Shown: in pieces, positions 19,241 to 28,174 of the stretch
How positions within the stretch are numbered: the first letter of the stretch is position 1
How the letters are laid out: each line of letters starts with the position of its first letter
Source of the DNA: Longimicrobiales bacterium
GTDB taxonomy: Bacteria > Gemmatimonadota > Gemmatimonadetes > Longimicrobiales > Gaopeijiaceae
Direction of reading: 5' to 3'
NCBI GenBank assembly: GCA_965226375.1
Contig: CBDDCX010000008.1
Span: forward strand, 1,312,001-1,376,000
DNA length: 64,000 nt
Translations under genes and position numbers: made by a program
Notes under the pieces: model-generated
Database searches by the model: none
Seen by the model: the letters and a program-made list of their open reading frames with translations, nothing else
What the model was told of the DNA's origin: nothing

Positions 19241-19241
19241 A

Positions 19242-20771
19242 TTACCTCCAAGGGGACATCTGCCGCTCGGATCGATCGCGGCGACGCGTGTAGAGCGGCG
19301 TGCCCATGGCCCGCGTTCTTCCTGAAGGAATCGCATGACCCGGCCGGTCCCATAGGGGCGTCACACCCGCCGAGCCCACTCGGGGGTCAGCCGGCGAAAT
19401 GGTATCCCGCGGAATGGTATCCCGGGGTGTGACGGCGGCAGAGTCGGCGGCCAACTCGGCGGCCGCTATCGAATCTGCGATGGCGATCGAGTCCGCAATC
19501 GCCGTTGAGTCGACGGGCGGAAGCGACCTGAGGATTTCTTCGGTCCCACCGCCGCCTGAGACTCCGTTGATATTCGTGACGTCGGAGACCGACACCTCGT
19601 ACGTCTCGTCGGATATCAGCGTGTCGCTCAAGAGAAGGTAGATGGTCCGCTTGGGAAGATCCCTGTCCGGATCCTCGCGTCGGTCAACCGAAGGATTGGG
19701 CACGAGTGGGGGCCGGGCGTCAAGTTCCTCCTCGGCCGCGGCCGAATCCCCCGCTGCGAGGAGCGAGTCCACGATCCGTTCCGACTCGAGAATCATAAGC
19801 GAGTCGGCTATCCACAGAGAATCCTCCCTGGCCTCCGCTCGGACATGGTAGTCGCGCTCGTGGAGGATCTGCTGCACAGTAATCCCCGACGCCACCGAAT
19901 CAAGAGAGAGCGTAGCCGTGAGTGAGTCCAAAGGCATGTCAGGGTCGAGGTAGTCGTCGAACTGGACAGCCACCGTTACCGAGTCCGTCACGTCCCCATC
20001 ACTGATGATGGCCCCTGTAGTATCTGGGCGCAGGAGGCTCATGTCCGCGAAGACCGTATCCGCTCCATTGACGACCTGAAAGGCATGGCCGAGCCGTTCG
20101 AAGAAGTCGGCCTGCCTGTTTCTGTTCACATCCTCGAATCCCGTCAGGGCATATCGACCCACGGGAGGTAAGTACCGAAACGCGAATACGCCGCTGGTGT
20201 CCGTGATGGCGACGTGCGTCGGCCCCTGGGCTTCACCCACCCCCCCCACGAGGAGAGGTTGAAAACGTGCGGTGACGCGCACTCCTTCCATCACTTCACC
20301 GGTGAGCCGGTCGAAGACCATGCCGGCGATGACGTTCGGCAGCATCTCGGCTCCGGTGGAGAACACGAACTCGAACGGCTGAGGCATGGCATTCCGAAAA
20401 AGGTCCTGCACGCTGGGCAACACAGTGACCCGATACACCAGGTCCGGAAGGAACCCGCCTTCCATCTTGATCTCCAGGCCGTCCTTCTTGTGGCGCACTT
20501 CAATCTCTCCGGACTCGGGCGAAATCTGCACCGCCTGGTCCAAACTGCCGGACGCGCCACGCTCGCTGATCCGCTCGTTGAACGTGATCCGGATCGCGTC
20601 GTCGAACGCTTCCACCTCGGCAAAAGGATCTGGAACCGTCGCGACCACCTGGGGGCCCGACAGATCAGGGGGACCTCCCGGCGGCCCCTGTGGCCTGGCA
20701 CACGAGGAAATGGCAAGGACCGCGAAGGCCCCCACCGTGCAAAGGATCAACGCGCCGTCCGATCTACTCAT
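19242..20771 (-). CDS. Lipoprotein with Ig-like (Big_5-type) domain
   Basis: Lipobox ISSC followed by ARPQGPPGGPPD..P.V...P (typical of this family), ITFNERI, FEFVFSTG; acidic low-complexity C-terminus. Confidence 0.75.
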   Translation of the reverse strand: MSRSDGALILCTVGAFAVLAISSCARPQGPPGGPPDLSGPQVVATVPDPFAEVEAFDDAIRITFNERISERGASGSLDQAVQISPESGEIEVRHKKDGLEIKMEGGFLPDLVYRVTVLPSVQDLFRNAMPQPFEFVFSTGAEMLPNVIAGMVFDRLTGEVMEGVRVTARFQPLLVGGVGEAQGPTHVAITDTSGVFAFRYLPPVGRYALTGFEDVNRNRQADFFERLGHAFQVVNGADTVFADMSLLRPDTTGAIISDGDVTDSVTVAVQFDDYLDPDMPLDSLTATLSLDSVASGITVQQILHERDYHVRAEAREDSLWIADSLMILESERIVDSLLAAGDSAAAEEELDARPPLVPNPSVDRREDPDRDLPKRTIYLLLSDTLISDETYEVSVSDVTNINGVSGGGGTEEILRSLPPVDSTAIADSIAIADSIAAAELAADSAAVTPRDTIPRDTISPADPRVGSAGVTPLWDRPGHAIPSGRTRAMGTPLYTRRRDRSERQMSPWR

Positions 20772-20792
20772 GGTCTCGACATCGGCGGTCGC

Positions 20793-23549
20793 TCAGGCGT
20801 CAGCAAGCGTCGCGAGCTTGTTCGTGAGTTTGTCCAGTTGCTCCTCGAAGCTCCGTGCCTTCTCACGCTCGCGCTCTACCACTTCCTCAGGGGCCTGCTG
20901 AACAAAACTCTCGTTGGCCAACATCTTCCGCGATCCATCCAATTGCCCGCCCAGGCGCTCAATCTCTCCCTGGAGCCGTTCCCGCTCCCGCGTAATATCG
21001 ATGACTCCCTCGAGCGGCACGAACACCTCTGCGCCATTCTTGAGAACGGCGTGGGCCCCAACGCCGTCGGCGGGGGTGTCGAGGTCGCACTGATCCACTC
21101 GTGCGAGCCGCCGCAGGGCCGCCCCCTGCTCTTCAACCATGGTGCGGAACCCGTCCTGCAACCCCGTCAACTTGACCGTCACCCCAGTACCCTCCGCCAC
21201 TCCATACTCCTTGCGGAGACTCCTCACCTGGGTGATCAGCTCCTGAAGTTCCTGGAGACGTGTTTCGGACTCGGGATCGAGGAGCGCCTCATTTACCTCG
21301 GGCCACTCGGCGATCATGAGCGCCTCCGGACGGACGGACCCTTCGGGTGATGGGAGTCGATCCCAGAGCGCCGAGGTCACGAACGGAGTGAGCGGATGAA
21401 GAAGGCGGCAGATACCGTCCAAGACCACTACGAGCGTGGCCCGGGCAGACTGCAAGCTCTCATCGCCCGAGGCACCTTGCATTCGAGGCTTGATCAGTTC
21501 CAGATACCAGTCGGCGAAGTCCCCCCAAACGAAGTGGTAGAGGCGATCCGACACCTCGTGGAGTCTAAAGCGTTCGAGATCCTCGGTGACGTCACCCACG
21601 GCCCGCTGCATGCGCGACAAGATCCATCGATCCTCGAGTTCCAGATTCTCCCCCGTCGCTTCAAGCGTCGGTATGGGATCGTCACCAAGGCTCATGAGCG
21701 CGAAACGTCCGGCGTTCCAGAGCTTGTTGGCAAAGTTGCGTCCGGGAGAAAACGCTGTCTCCAGGTCCTGGTGATCCAGCTGGATGTCGGTGCCGACGCC
21801 AGCCGAAGCAAGAAGAGTGAAACGAAGCGCATCCGCGCCGAACCGATCCGCCACCTCGATCGGATCGATACCGTTGCCCAGCGACTTGGACATCTTTTTG
21901 CCCTGCTTGTCTCGTACCGTCCCGTGTAAGTATACCCGCGTGAAAGGTGCCTCTCCCATGAATTCGTACCCGGCCATGATCATACGGGCTACCCAGAAGA
22001 AGAGAATCTCTGGGGCTGTGGTCATGTCATGAGTGGGATAGAACGCCTTCAGATCATCTGTCTCTTCGGGCCAACCGAACACGGAAAAAGGCCACAGCCA
22101 TGACGAAAACCAGGTGTCCAGTACGTCCGGGTCCTGGGTCAGGTTCGTGCTGCCGCAAGAATCACATGCGTCTGGATCCTGCCTGGCCACGGTCGTCGCC
22201 TCGCAGTCGCCGCAATACCAGACCGGGATCCGGTGGCCCCACCAGAGCTGTCGGGAAATGCACCAATCCCGGATGTTCTCCATCCAGTTTTCGTACACCT
22301 TTTGCCAGTGTGCAGGAGTAAAGGTGACGGTACCGTCGCGAGAGGCCGCGAGAGCGGGCTCGGCCAAGGGCTTCATGCGCACGAACCACTGGAGGCTGAG
22401 ACGTGGCTCCACCACAGTGTGGCATCGGTAGCAGTGCGGGACCGAGTGCGAGTACGGGTCCTCGCCTCCTCCCAATCCCAGATCCGCCAGGGCCTCGAGG
22501 ACCCGCTTCCGTGCGTCGAGACGATCCAGATCCCGAAACGCCTCCGGGGCGTTCTCGTTCATCTTGGCATCGGGGGTCAAGATGTCCAAGAGCGGTATCC
22601 CCGCGCGCTGGGCCATCTCGAAATCGTTGGGGTCGTGGGCCGGCGTGACCTTGACCATCCCCGAGCCGAACTCGGGATCCACGAACTCGTCGGAGATGAT
22701 CGGGATGGTACGGCCGGTGAGGGGAAGCTCTACATCCGCCCCGACCAGCCCCTCGTAGCGCTCATCTTCGGGACTCACGGCGACCGCGGTATCCCCGAGC
22801 ATGGTCTCCGGACGCGTGGTCGAGACAGTCAGATACCACCGTCCGTCCGGAAGCTGCCCTATGGCTTCTGCGCCCGCATCTCGAGCGGCCTGGGCACCGC
22901 CGGCGGCGGCGTCACTAAGCGGATAGCGCAGGTGATAGAGGCGACCCTCCACCTCTTCTCCTTCGGCCTCTTCATTCGAAAGGGCCGTGAGACACCGGGG
23001 GCACCAGTTGATGATATACTCGCCGCGGTAGATCAGGTCCTTTTCGTAGAGGCGCACGAACACCTCGCGGACCGCCTGACTGAGCCCGTCGTCCAAGGTG
23101 AACCGGGTACGCTCCCAGTCGCAGCTCGACCCGATCACCTTGAGTTGCTCCAGGATGGTACTTCCCGTCTCCTGCACGTAGCTCCAAACGCGCTCGGTGA
23201 AAGCCTCCCTGCCCAAGTCTTGCCGGGAAATCCCTTCTGCCGCGAGCTGCCATTCGACTACGTTCTGGGTCGCGATGCCGGCGTGATCGGTCCCCGGGAT
23301 CCAAAGTGAGACTCTGCCCTGCATGCGCCTCCAGCGGGTCAGCACATCCTGGATGGTGGCATTGAGCCCATGTCCCATGTGAAGCACGGCGGTCACGTTG
23401 GGGGGCGGTATCACGATGACGAAGGGGGCCCGTCCCTCGGCCAGGACCGCCTCGGACTCGGCGCGGAAGTACCCGCGCTTACTCCACTGCTCGTAGAGGG
23501 GAGCCTCGATGGTCTGCGGATCTAGGCGAGGTGGCAACGCGTCGGCCAC
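20793..23549 (-). CDS. valS: Valine--tRNA ligase
   Basis: PPPNVTAVLHMGH, GTDHAGIATQ, TTRPETMLGD, DWCISRQLWWGHRIP, KMSKSLGN; C-terminal coiled coil. Confidence 0.97.
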   Translation of the reverse strand: MADALPPRLDPQTIEAPLYEQWSKRGYFRAESEAVLAEGRAPFVIVIPPPNVTAVLHMGHGLNATIQDVLTRWRRMQGRVSLWIPGTDHAGIATQNVVEWQLAAEGISRQDLGREAFTERVWSYVQETGSTILEQLKVIGSSCDWERTRFTLDDGLSQAVREVFVRLYEKDLIYRGEYIINWCPRCLTALSNEEAEGEEVEGRLYHLRYPLSDAAAGGAQAARDAGAEAIGQLPDGRWYLTVSTTRPETMLGDTAVAVSPEDERYEGLVGADVELPLTGRTIPIISDEFVDPEFGSGMVKVTPAHDPNDFEMAQRAGIPLLDILTPDAKMNENAPEAFRDLDRLDARKRVLEALADLGLGGGEDPYSHSVPHCYRCHTVVEPRLSLQWFVRMKPLAEPALAASRDGTVTFTPAHWQKVYENWMENIRDWCISRQLWWGHRIPVWYCGDCEATTVARQDPDACDSCGSTNLTQDPDVLDTWFSSWLWPFSVFGWPEETDDLKAFYPTHDMTTAPEILFFWVARMIMAGYEFMGEAPFTRVYLHGTVRDKQGKKMSKSLGNGIDPIEVADRFGADALRFTLLASAGVGTDIQLDHQDLETAFSPGRNFANKLWNAGRFALMSLGDDPIPTLEATGENLELEDRWILSRMQRAVGDVTEDLERFRLHEVSDRLYHFVWGDFADWYLELIKPRMQGASGDESLQSARATLVVVLDGICRLLHPLTPFVTSALWDRLPSPEGSVRPEALMIAEWPEVNEALLDPESETRLQELQELITQVRSLRKEYGVAEGTGVTVKLTGLQDGFRTMVEEQGAALRRLARVDQCDLDTPADGVGAHAVLKNGAEVFVPLEGVIDITRERERLQGEIERLGGQLDGSRKMLANESFVQQAPEEVVEREREKARSFEEQLDKLTNKLATLADA

Positions 23550-23701
23550 AGTCGCTCCTGTCAGGAAAGCTGGAAGGTTGAACTGGTGTCCAGAATCAGG
23601 TTCTGTGCGGGCATCGGTGGCCCGACAATACGCCAGTCGACGTCAGGGTGTTCCAGGGGTGCCAGCGTACTTCCGGGACAGGACACGACGCCCGCGGCGA
23701 A

Positions 23702-25027
23702 TCAGCTCGCGCTGGAGCGATCGATGGACCTGCGGCGGGCCCCGAGAGTCCGTTGTAGCCAGCCCTCCAACGTCTTATCCGGGCTCCAAAGACCTTCGAA
23801 GACATGACCTGGAAGCTGGACGAAGTGCTCTACGATTCCAGGGCCGAACTGGCTACCGGATGAATGGGAAATCTCGTCGAGCGTATCACGGTGGGAGCAC
23901 GCAGATCTGTAGACCCTACCGGAGGTCATGGCGTCGTAGGTGTCACAGACACCCAGGATCTGGGCGACCATAGGAATACGATGGCCGGACAACCCCTCCG
24001 GATACCCCGTGCCATCCCATCGCTCATGGTGGTAGCGAAGACCCGGTGACAAGTGCTTGAGACCGGGAATGCCCCCCAGAATTTCCGCACCGGCCGCCGC
24101 ATGACCCTGAATGCTCTCACGCTCCTCGTCATCGAGCGGACCCTCCTTGGTAAGCACCCTGAGGGGTACGCTCACCTTGCCCAGGTCGTGCAGGTAGCCG
24201 GCCTCCCACGTGGTTACACGGATCTGGGGGTGCATACCCATGCGGTCCGCCAAGGCCTCCGCCAGGTTCGCGACTCGTCGCGAGTGTCCCGCCGTGTACG
24301 GGTCCTTGGCGTCGATGAGGGTCGCGACAATGTCCAGAAACTCATGAGTGGACAACGGAGAAACTTCTTCCGGAATCAGATCGTAGGCGGCATCGAGGCA
24401 GGCGCGGTGGAAAATCGTCTCGTGGAACTCGTGCAATTGATCCCGTCGTGCCAGGTCGAGATACGCCTGGGCGACCGTAGGCCCGAATTCCTTCTGCGCT
24501 CCCGCCTCCACGACCGCGATGACTTCGGACTGGGCCAGAGGGCCCCGCTGAGGACGCGCGGTGCCTAGGGCCACCACCGTGTCCGCAAGACGCAGGATCT
24601 GCGCTCCCATCGGGATTTGGTCCCCCTTGAGGCGGTCGGGATATCCCGTGCCGTCCCACCACTCGTGATGGTGCCGCACGAGTGGCGCCAACGAGCTGAG
24701 GTGCGCGATTTGTCGGATGCTGCGCTCGCTACGCTCCGGATGCTCCAAGACCCGGGCTCGGGCGTCGGGAGGCAGAACCAGCACGGGGTTCTCCCACGCT
24801 TCTTCCACGAGGCCGATCATCCCGATGTCCGAGAGGATGGCCGCGAACAGAATTTCCGATCGAAAGGACGCCGGTACTTCCAATTGATCGGCAAGGCGCG
24901 AGGCGAGCATCGCGACCTTGGGACCGTGGCCAACCAGGTATCCTTTGGCCATACCCATCACCTGAACGAGGGCCTCCAAGAGACCAACGTAGATGCCCCG
25001 ACCGGAATCTGTCCGCAATTCGTCCAC
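23702..25027 (-). CDS. Tandem HD-GYP domain protein (cyclic dinucleotide phosphodiesterase-like)
   Basis: Two HHExWDGTGYP motifs; the second domain has AKDPYTAGHSRRV and LHDLGK. Confidence 0.9.
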   Translation of the reverse strand: MDELRTDSGRGIYVGLLEALVQVMGMAKGYLVGHGPKVAMLASRLADQLEVPASFRSEILFAAILSDIGMIGLVEEAWENPVLVLPPDARARVLEHPERSERSIRQIAHLSSLAPLVRHHHEWWDGTGYPDRLKGDQIPMGAQILRLADTVVALGTARPQRGPLAQSEVIAVVEAGAQKEFGPTVAQAYLDLARRDQLHEFHETIFHRACLDAAYDLIPEEVSPLSTHEFLDIVATLIDAKDPYTAGHSRRVANLAEALADRMGMHPQIRVTTWEAGYLHDLGKVSVPLRVLTKEGPLDDEERESIQGHAAAGAEILGGIPGLKHLSPGLRYHHERWDGTGYPEGLSGHRIPMVAQILGVCDTYDAMTSGRVYRSACSHRDTLDEISHSSGSQFGPGIVEHFVQLPGHVFEGLWSPDKTLEGWLQRTLGARRRSIDRSSAS

Positions 25028-25151
25028 GAGCGTCCATCATTCGAATGATGCCCCCGGGCAAAATCGCGCGACAACGGAAGGCATTAGGGAACATTTGAAT
25101 ATTGGGGCTCCTTTCCGGAAGGAAAAGAGTCATGTGTTGCCATGGCGTGAC

Positions 25152-26012
25152 TTAACGCGGGGGTCTTCCACCAGAAGTGCGGGTCGTGTCAGGCTGCTGG
25201 TCGGCCTCCCGGCGTTGTCTTTCTTTTCTCTCCCTGATGGCCTTGGCCCTCTCGCCCCAGACCGCCCGCGCAGCCTGAGAATTGAGATTGTTGAGGATGT
25301 CGGCATCCTCCCAGGCTCTTCTCGTGGCCCTCTCACGTTGCCACGTCGTGCCTCCGAAGTTGATCGGAAGAGGCAGGGTGAGGCTTCCGAGATGGAGTTT
25401 CCCCTCGGACACTCCCCAGCGATTCCCCTGATCGTCCGTCATCGTCCAGTCGGTAAAGGCCGACTCGGCGGCGAGAGCGATGGCCACGGAGTCATGCCAT
25501 GCTTCAAGGAGGCCGGCCAGCTCCAGCTGGAGTCTTTCAGAGTCGGTGAGTTCGAAGATTTCTGGAAGAGCGGCCCGCCAAAGTCGACGATCGGCACTGC
25601 GTACCCTCAACGCGTCGGCGGCCCGCACCCCACCGCGCTCATCCCCCTGTTCATCCGGGCCCTCGTCACCGGGATCCGTGACTGGTTCCGGTCCCTGCGC
25701 CTCCGCTTCCGGCTCCGCCACGATTTCCAGGATCGGTTCCGGCTCCTCTTCACGGGCCTCGTCCTCGGGCGCGACGAGCTCCACTACCTGCACGACACGC
25801 ATGCCGGAAAACGGCCTCGCGACAGATTCTACGTCCAGCGTGTTTTCGGTGGGACCCCACTCCGTAACACCGAAGGAATAGAGGATGATGACCAGTAGGT
25901 GCACGGCGGCAGACAGCCCGAACCCAACCCCTATGGCTCGGCGGTGCGAGGCGCGAGGGCGATCGACCCACCCACGCCTAGACTGTTGATCGACGGGTTG
26001 CAACTCTGTCAT
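25152..26012 (-). CDS. Hypothetical single-TM protein with Glu/Pro-rich linker (TonB-like N-terminal anchor)
   Basis: TM segment with SxxxH (LSAAVHLLVIIL), acidic Pro-rich spacer, C-terminal WT.TD.QG.RWGVS.G.LHLG. Start uncertain (ORF extends to 26057). Confidence 0.65.
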   Translation of the reverse strand: MTELQPVDQQSRRGWVDRPRASHRRAIGVGFGLSAAVHLLVIILYSFGVTEWGPTENTLDVESVARPFSGMRVVQVVELVAPEDEAREEEPEPILEIVAEPEAEAQGPEPVTDPGDEGPDEQGDERGGVRAADALRVRSADRRLWRAALPEIFELTDSERLQLELAGLLEAWHDSVAIALAAESAFTDWTMTDDQGNRWGVSEGKLHLGSLTLPLPINFGGTTWQRERATRRAWEDADILNNLNSQAARAVWGERAKAIRERKERQRREADQQPDTTRTSGGRPPR

Positions 26013-26066
26013 CGGGTCTTGTAAACCCCCTTGGAATGGCAGTTCCTCTGGGAGCATTCGGTCTGC

Positions 26067-27236
26067 TCAGGCCTGAATGAGCCTCCCGAGTCGCGTCGCC
26101 GCCTCCCTGATACGCCCTTCGTCCACAGTGAGCGCCACCCTGAAGAAACCCTCACCGCCGGTCCCCAGTGCCTGGCCGGGGAGAATCACCACACCTTCTT
26201 CTTCCAGAGCACGCTCCGCGAAGTTCAATGAGGACTCGTCTCCGGGCACCGGAACCCAAAGATACATGGTGGCTTTGGGAACCGTGATATCAAAGCCCGC
26301 CTCGCGAAGGCTCTCCACGGCCACGTCCCGTCGGCGCTCGAAGCGCGCCACGTTGCCGGGCACCCACTCATCATAGCACTCGAGCGCTGCAACTCCAGCT
26401 GCCTGTACGGCCTTGAACACACCCGTGTCGATGAACGTCTTGACCCTCGACAGAGCCTCGATCAGGTCGGCACCACCCGCCGCCCAGCCGAGGCGCCACC
26501 CCGTCATGTTGTAGGTCTTCGAAAAAGAGTGAAATTCCAGAGCCACTCCACCTGCCCCCTCGAGTTCCAAGATGCTCGGAGGCCGGTAGCCGTTAAAGGC
26601 GATCTCGCTGTAGGCGTGATCGTAGACCAAGACGACATCGTTCTCGTGACAGAAGTCCACCGCTTCTCGGAGATAGTCGAGCGGTGCGGACCCTGCCGTC
26701 GGATTGTTAGGGTAGTTCAGGTAGAGCATCCGCATCCGCGACCGCACGTCCTCCGAAAATTCGTTCAGCGGAATCAGAAAGTCGTTCTCGGGCCGTAGCG
26801 GCACGAGGTGCGGCTCCCCTCCCGCGAGGATCACTCCACCCCGGTACGCTTGGTAGCCCGGATCGGGAATCACCGCCAAGCCCCCGGGGTCGAGGAACGC
26901 CAGAGGGAGCTTCGCGATTCCTTCCTTGGAGCCGAGAAGAGGCAGGACCTCTTTGTACGGATCGACGTGCACGCCAAAACGCTTTTCCATCCAGGCCGCC
27001 ACCGACTCCCGAAAGGCTGGAAGGCCCAGTTGGAAGGGATACCGAGACATCTCCCGCTTCGCGGCCGCCTCGGAGAGTCCGGCAACGGCGGGCGGCGGCG
27101 GGTCGAGATCGGCGTCGCCCGCTCCCAGATCGATGACATCGATCCCGGCGGCCGCCAAACGTCGACGCTTCTCTGGAATACCCGCCAGGGGATAGCCCGG
27201 CAGGCCGAGAAACGCACGGCTCCGCTTAGGCGCCAC
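26067..27236 (-). CDS. dapL: Class I/II PLP aminotransferase, LL-diaminopimelate aminotransferase-like
   Basis: LLGSKEG, PDPGY, LNYPNNPT, DHAYSE, EFHSFSKTYNMTGWRLG, GEGFFRVAL. Confidence 0.78.
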   Translation of the reverse strand: MAPKRSRAFLGLPGYPLAGIPEKRRRLAAAGIDVIDLGAGDADLDPPPPAVAGLSEAAAKREMSRYPFQLGLPAFRESVAAWMEKRFGVHVDPYKEVLPLLGSKEGIAKLPLAFLDPGGLAVIPDPGYQAYRGGVILAGGEPHLVPLRPENDFLIPLNEFSEDVRSRMRMLYLNYPNNPTAGSAPLDYLREAVDFCHENDVVLVYDHAYSEIAFNGYRPPSILELEGAGGVALEFHSFSKTYNMTGWRLGWAAGGADLIEALSRVKTFIDTGVFKAVQAAGVAALECYDEWVPGNVARFERRRDVAVESLREAGFDITVPKATMYLWVPVPGDESSLNFAERALEEEGVVILPGQALGTGGEGFFRVALTVDEGRIREAATRLGRLIQA

Positions 27237-27924
27237 CGTCCTCTTCTCCCACCACAGGATTGCGAAGGACTCCGATTCCCTCGATCTCCACCTCGACCTC
27301 GTCGCCAGGCTCCAAAGCGCCGATCCCCTCGGGCGTACCGGTGGCAATCACGTCGCCGGGTTCGAGCGTCATGATTCGCGAGATGTACGCGATCAAAGTC
27401 GGCACCGAGAACACCATCTGTGAAGCCGGCGCCCGCTGGCGCTCCACACCGTTGATCCGGGTGACGATCTCCAGGTCAAGGAATGCGTCAGGATGGAACG
27501 GGCAGACAGACCCGATGGCACAGAACGTGTCGAATCCCTTGGCCCTGGACCACTGGCTGTCCTTTCGCTGGAGATCCCGTGCCGTCACATCGTTCAACGG
27601 TACGATCCCGTCGACCACGCTCCACGCATTCGCTTCGGACACATGCCGGGCGGTCGTCCCGATGCTGATTCCGATCTCCCCCTCGTAGTCGACCCTGCCC
27701 ACTCCGGACGGGATGATAATGGGTTCGCCGGCTGTGATGACGCTGGAGGGCGGCTTGAGAAAGATGAGCGGCTCATCGGGGACAACGTTTCCGAGCTCCG
27801 CGGCGTGGGCGTGGTAGTTACACCCTATGCAGACGATCTTGGATGGCCGTGAGGGTGCACCAGACGTGCTGATGGCGTCAATCCTCGGCCGGCTGAGTGT
27901 GGATCCAGGTTCCGATGATGGCAC
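27226..27924 (-). CDS. Fumarylacetoacetate hydrolase family protein
   Basis: PSKIVCIGCNY..HA.E, FLKPPSS, DYEGE, NDVTARDLQ, RAKGFDTF, TLEPGDVIATGTP. Start uncertain. Confidence 0.92.
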   Translation of the reverse strand: MPSSEPGSTLSRPRIDAISTSGAPSRPSKIVCIGCNYHAHAAELGNVVPDEPLIFLKPPSSVITAGEPIIIPSGVGRVDYEGEIGISIGTTARHVSEANAWSVVDGIVPLNDVTARDLQRKDSQWSRAKGFDTFCAIGSVCPFHPDAFLDLEIVTRINGVERQRAPASQMVFSVPTLIAYISRIMTLEPGDVIATGTPEGIGALEPGDEVEVEIEGIGVLRNPVVGEEDGGA

Positions 27925-28078
27925 CGAAGCCCGCGACGGTGAGGAGCACCGTGATTACCGCCCACCAGAATCCGATATCCGAATGACCATCCGCCCACCC
28001 GGCGGCCGAGTCCTGGAAGGTGAAGCCCGCCATCAAGAGGATTCCGACGCCGGCGAGCATGCCTAGAACGCGAGTCAT
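27878..28078 (-). CDS. Small two-TM membrane protein
   Basis: Two hydrophobic helices; fits between dinG and the FAH gene in the operon. Confidence 0.65.
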   Translation of the reverse strand: MTRVLGMLAGVGILLMAGFTFQDSAAGWADGHSDIGFWWAVITVLLTVAGFGAIIGTWIHTQPAED

Positions 28079-28174
28079 TGAGTATCCGCCTTTGTGTGGA
28101 TCCAGCCGGGACTCCCCGGACGACAGGCGGAATCTACCGCGGCCGGCGCCTCCCACAAGGTGTGTAACAGCGGG

